Source: Vicugna vicugna (lineage: Eukaryota). From it: a stretch of DNA of 64,000 nucleotides. The notes under the pieces are model-generated. The model searched no databases and was not told the origin of the DNA. It was given only the letters and a program-made list of their open reading frames with translations. The position numbers and the translations under genes were made by a program. Location: positions 62,001 to 126,000 of the forward strand of contig MU057640.1 in NCBI GenBank assembly GCA_013265495.1. The letters run 5' to 3'. Shown piece after piece: positions 61,667-64,000 of the stretch (within the stretch, counting starts at the first letter, position 1; each line of letters begins with the position of its first letter).

Positions 61667-62447
61667 CTGGGAAGATGGGAGGAAGGGTCTGAGTGCCAAG
61701 ACCAGGGACTACCCCTTCATCAGCGTGTCCCACACTAAGCTTGGTGCCCATTCTGTCACGGGCACCTGCAGGCCAGAGGGCCTTATGGGAGGCCAAGCTC
61801 CAGGAGCCCGTGGTCTTGGGAATCCACCCTCCCCAACCCCCTACATGCCCCCAGGCTTTGCTACGTCCGCCTGCTCCTGCAACAGCACAGAGTAGGCACA
61901 GACCCCTGGGGATGGAGAGGCTGGGAGAGAAGCAACACCAGAATCATGTGGGGGACTCAACACATACCTTTAGAACTCAATTTTGTTTTATTAATTTTGT
62001 TTTTAATCTTCCCAAATCTCTAATTAATATGATACAGTCACAAGAGTAACAACAAAGGGGACCCACACTAAACTTAAGAGATTATATCACCATTTTACAG
62101 GTCAAGAAATGGAGGCTTCGAGAAGTTGGATGATTTGCCTAAGGTCATGAAGCCTGTGAGTTTTTCCAACTAGACAGACCCTGGGCTATACCGGCAAGAT
62201 CTGATGGAGATCCAGGCGTCACTATCCACTGACTGCCTGACCCTGGGCAAGTCTCAGGTCTCTGAAGCCTGAGCTTCCCCATCTGTAGAATGGTGGTAAC
62301 AAGGCCCTCCAGGCTGGGCTGTTTGGAAGATTACAGGTTAGGGATGGAGACGAAGAGCCAGCTGACCTCAGGGTTTTGGCTCCAACAGGCTCAGCCCCCG
62401 GCCCCGGATCCCTGTCCCACCCCCAGTCTGGGGAGGAGGGGCCTCAC

Positions 62448-62925
62448 CTGTAGGAGGAGCTGTGGGAGGGTGGTGCCGGTCGGCCTGCGTCTCTGCTCAG
62501 TCCAGGGGCACTGGGCCCAAGCTCCTGGCCCCGGGGCTGTTCTCCAAAAGCCTGTCTGCGGTCCACTGCCCCTGGCCCAGGCTCTTGGTCTCGCCACCAG
62601 AGGCCACCAGAAGGCAAGGGCTTTCTCTGGACCATGGGCCCCGTCCCATGTCGGCTGGCCTCCTGCCGGCCCCTAGGACCACTGCCGTCACCATCTGTGT
62701 GTGTGCTCTGGCCAGAGGTCCCAGGCTCAGGTCGGCGGGGCCTGTGTTGGGCCCCCCGACAGCTGTTCACACACTCCTCCTCCGAGGCAAAGTTATTGGC
62801 GTTGCCGTGGCAGCCGCCGTACCAGAAGCGGTTACACTGGCCCACGGAGGCGATGAAGTACCAGCGGGCAGCCCAGTCGGTGCAGGAGCCGTGGGCACTG
62901 GGCAGCAGGCACCGCACGGGGTATG
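62448..62925 (-). CDS. PAPLN: PAPLN exon, BPTI/Kunitz domain + low-complexity linker (AYPVRCLLPSAHGSCTDWAARWYF...FWYGGCHGNANNFASEEECVNSC...HSSSYR), 478 nt
   Basis: Acceptor cgcccctcag, donor gtgagg; all six Kunitz Cys and the FxYGGCxGNxNNF motif are present; phase 1/2. Confidence 0.97.
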
Positions 62926-63912
62926 CTGAGGGGCGGGGAGGGCGCAGGTCATCAGGCCCAGGAACGAAGCTGCAAATGCTGCCCAGCAGAGCCCTGCCGG
63001 AGAGCGCCCTCCATCCCCTCGGCCCCAGAATTAGGAGAGAGGCCCTTCCCAGTTTAAAGAGCATGCCTACACCCCCACCTGGCCCCTGACCGGCCTTGGG
63101 CTGGGACTCTAGCAGCCTCCAGAATCAGTCCTGTCCACCTGCGCCCCCAGAGCAAGAGCCCTCCAGAAGGTCAGGGCCATGAGCTCCCCGGACAGGCTCC
63201 CTCATGCCCCTCCCCAGCCCCCTAGCGCCCCCACAGAGCAACTTGAGGGCTAAATCTTGCGAGCTTAGCTGACAATAAGGACTCAGCCCTGAGCCCCCAG
63301 AGGCCTTTGAAGATGCCCAGCGAGGGGCCTGCCCTTGTTCCCAGGGCCCTTCACCAGCCTCTGAACCTCCTCCAGCCCCCAGCCTGCCTGTAATAACAGC
63401 CTCGCCTCTCTGCATTCAGATGTGACCACAGCTGGCTCCTGCTTAAAGCCTGTCCAGGTGCCCAGCCTTCTGCAGACTCTGACCACTAGCCTGTCTGGCT
63501 TTCAACGTCCCCATGATGCTCCCTGGCAGCTCCTCCTGTGCACCCTGTGCTTTGACCTCAAAGTCCTCCCTCTAGGACTCATCCCAGGTAGGGTGGAGAC
63601 ACTGACCACCCTGCCTCTGGAGGGGGCTGAGCCCAAGGGCAGCACAGGCCTTCCTTCTCCATAGACTCTTCTCTGACAAGTCTCCCCAGCTCCCATAAGC
63701 AGCCAGGCAGCCTAACTACAAACTGTTGGACACGAGAACCATCTGACACCATTCTCTGGCCTGGCACCTAGTAGATGATCAGTAAGTATTTGTGGAAGAA
63801 ATGAACAAATAACTGAGCTGGTATTGTCTTTGGCTCTGGGTGGAGTGGGGTGGGGGACACAGTGGAACAAGCGCCAACCCACCAGGAAGGACGAGCAGGG
63901 GCACCCACTCAC

Positions 63913-64000
63913 CATAGCTGGGCTGGCCCACACAGCCTTCCCCAAGAGGGCCGGCCGCAGAGGCCACGTTGTCATAGCAACAGCCGAACCGGGAGCCCCG
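63913..64000 (-). CDS. PAPLN: PAPLN exon, truncated by the window edge; Cys-rich repeat (RGSRFGCCYDNVASAAGPLGEGCVGQPSY)
   Basis: Donor gtgagt at 63912; FGCC motif; phase 1 joins the Kunitz exon. Confidence 0.93.

Noticed and set aside
53300..64000. Numerous 60-155-aa ORFs on both strands
   Set aside because: High GC lowers stop-codon frequency. Only segments matching papilin domains with phase-consistent splice sites were kept.
1..64000. Prokaryotic defence, CRISPR, viral or other novel multi-gene system
   Set aside because: All coding potential is explained by NUMB, PAPLN and transposon relics; no long unexplained ORF, repeat-spacer array or foreign-composition island was seen.

Overview
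Mammalian genomic DNA, most likely a camelid (alpaca/vicuna/camel), judged from seven copies of a tRNA-derived SINE resembling the camelid Vic-1 family. The window holds two convergent genes. (1) NUMB, + strand: nine coding exons from 17663 to the stop at 51249, including the alternative 33-nt PTB-insert exon and the 147-nt PRR-insert exon, plus a ~1.35-kb 3'UTR. The first coding exon lies upstream of the window. (2) PAPLN (papilin), - strand: its last ten coding exons (Cys-rich repeat, Kunitz, three Ig-like domains, PLAC; stop at 54551). All splice junctions are GT-AG and phase-compatible. Introns are filled with L1, L2, MIR, LTR (MER21-like, MLT2-like), hAT/Tigger DNA-transposon relics and lineage SINEs; repeat names come from recognising consensus motifs, not from a database search. 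I found no prokaryote-type system, CRISPR array or new protein-coding gene. The best leads are a TSD-flanked L1 carrying a 63-nt 3' transduction, candidate unannotated micro/poison exons in the NUMB intron before the PTB insert, a possible bidirectional poly(A) element between NUMB and PAPLN, a strong extended CTCF site, an inverted SINE pair that could drive a circNUMB, and an in-frame retainable PAPLN intron.
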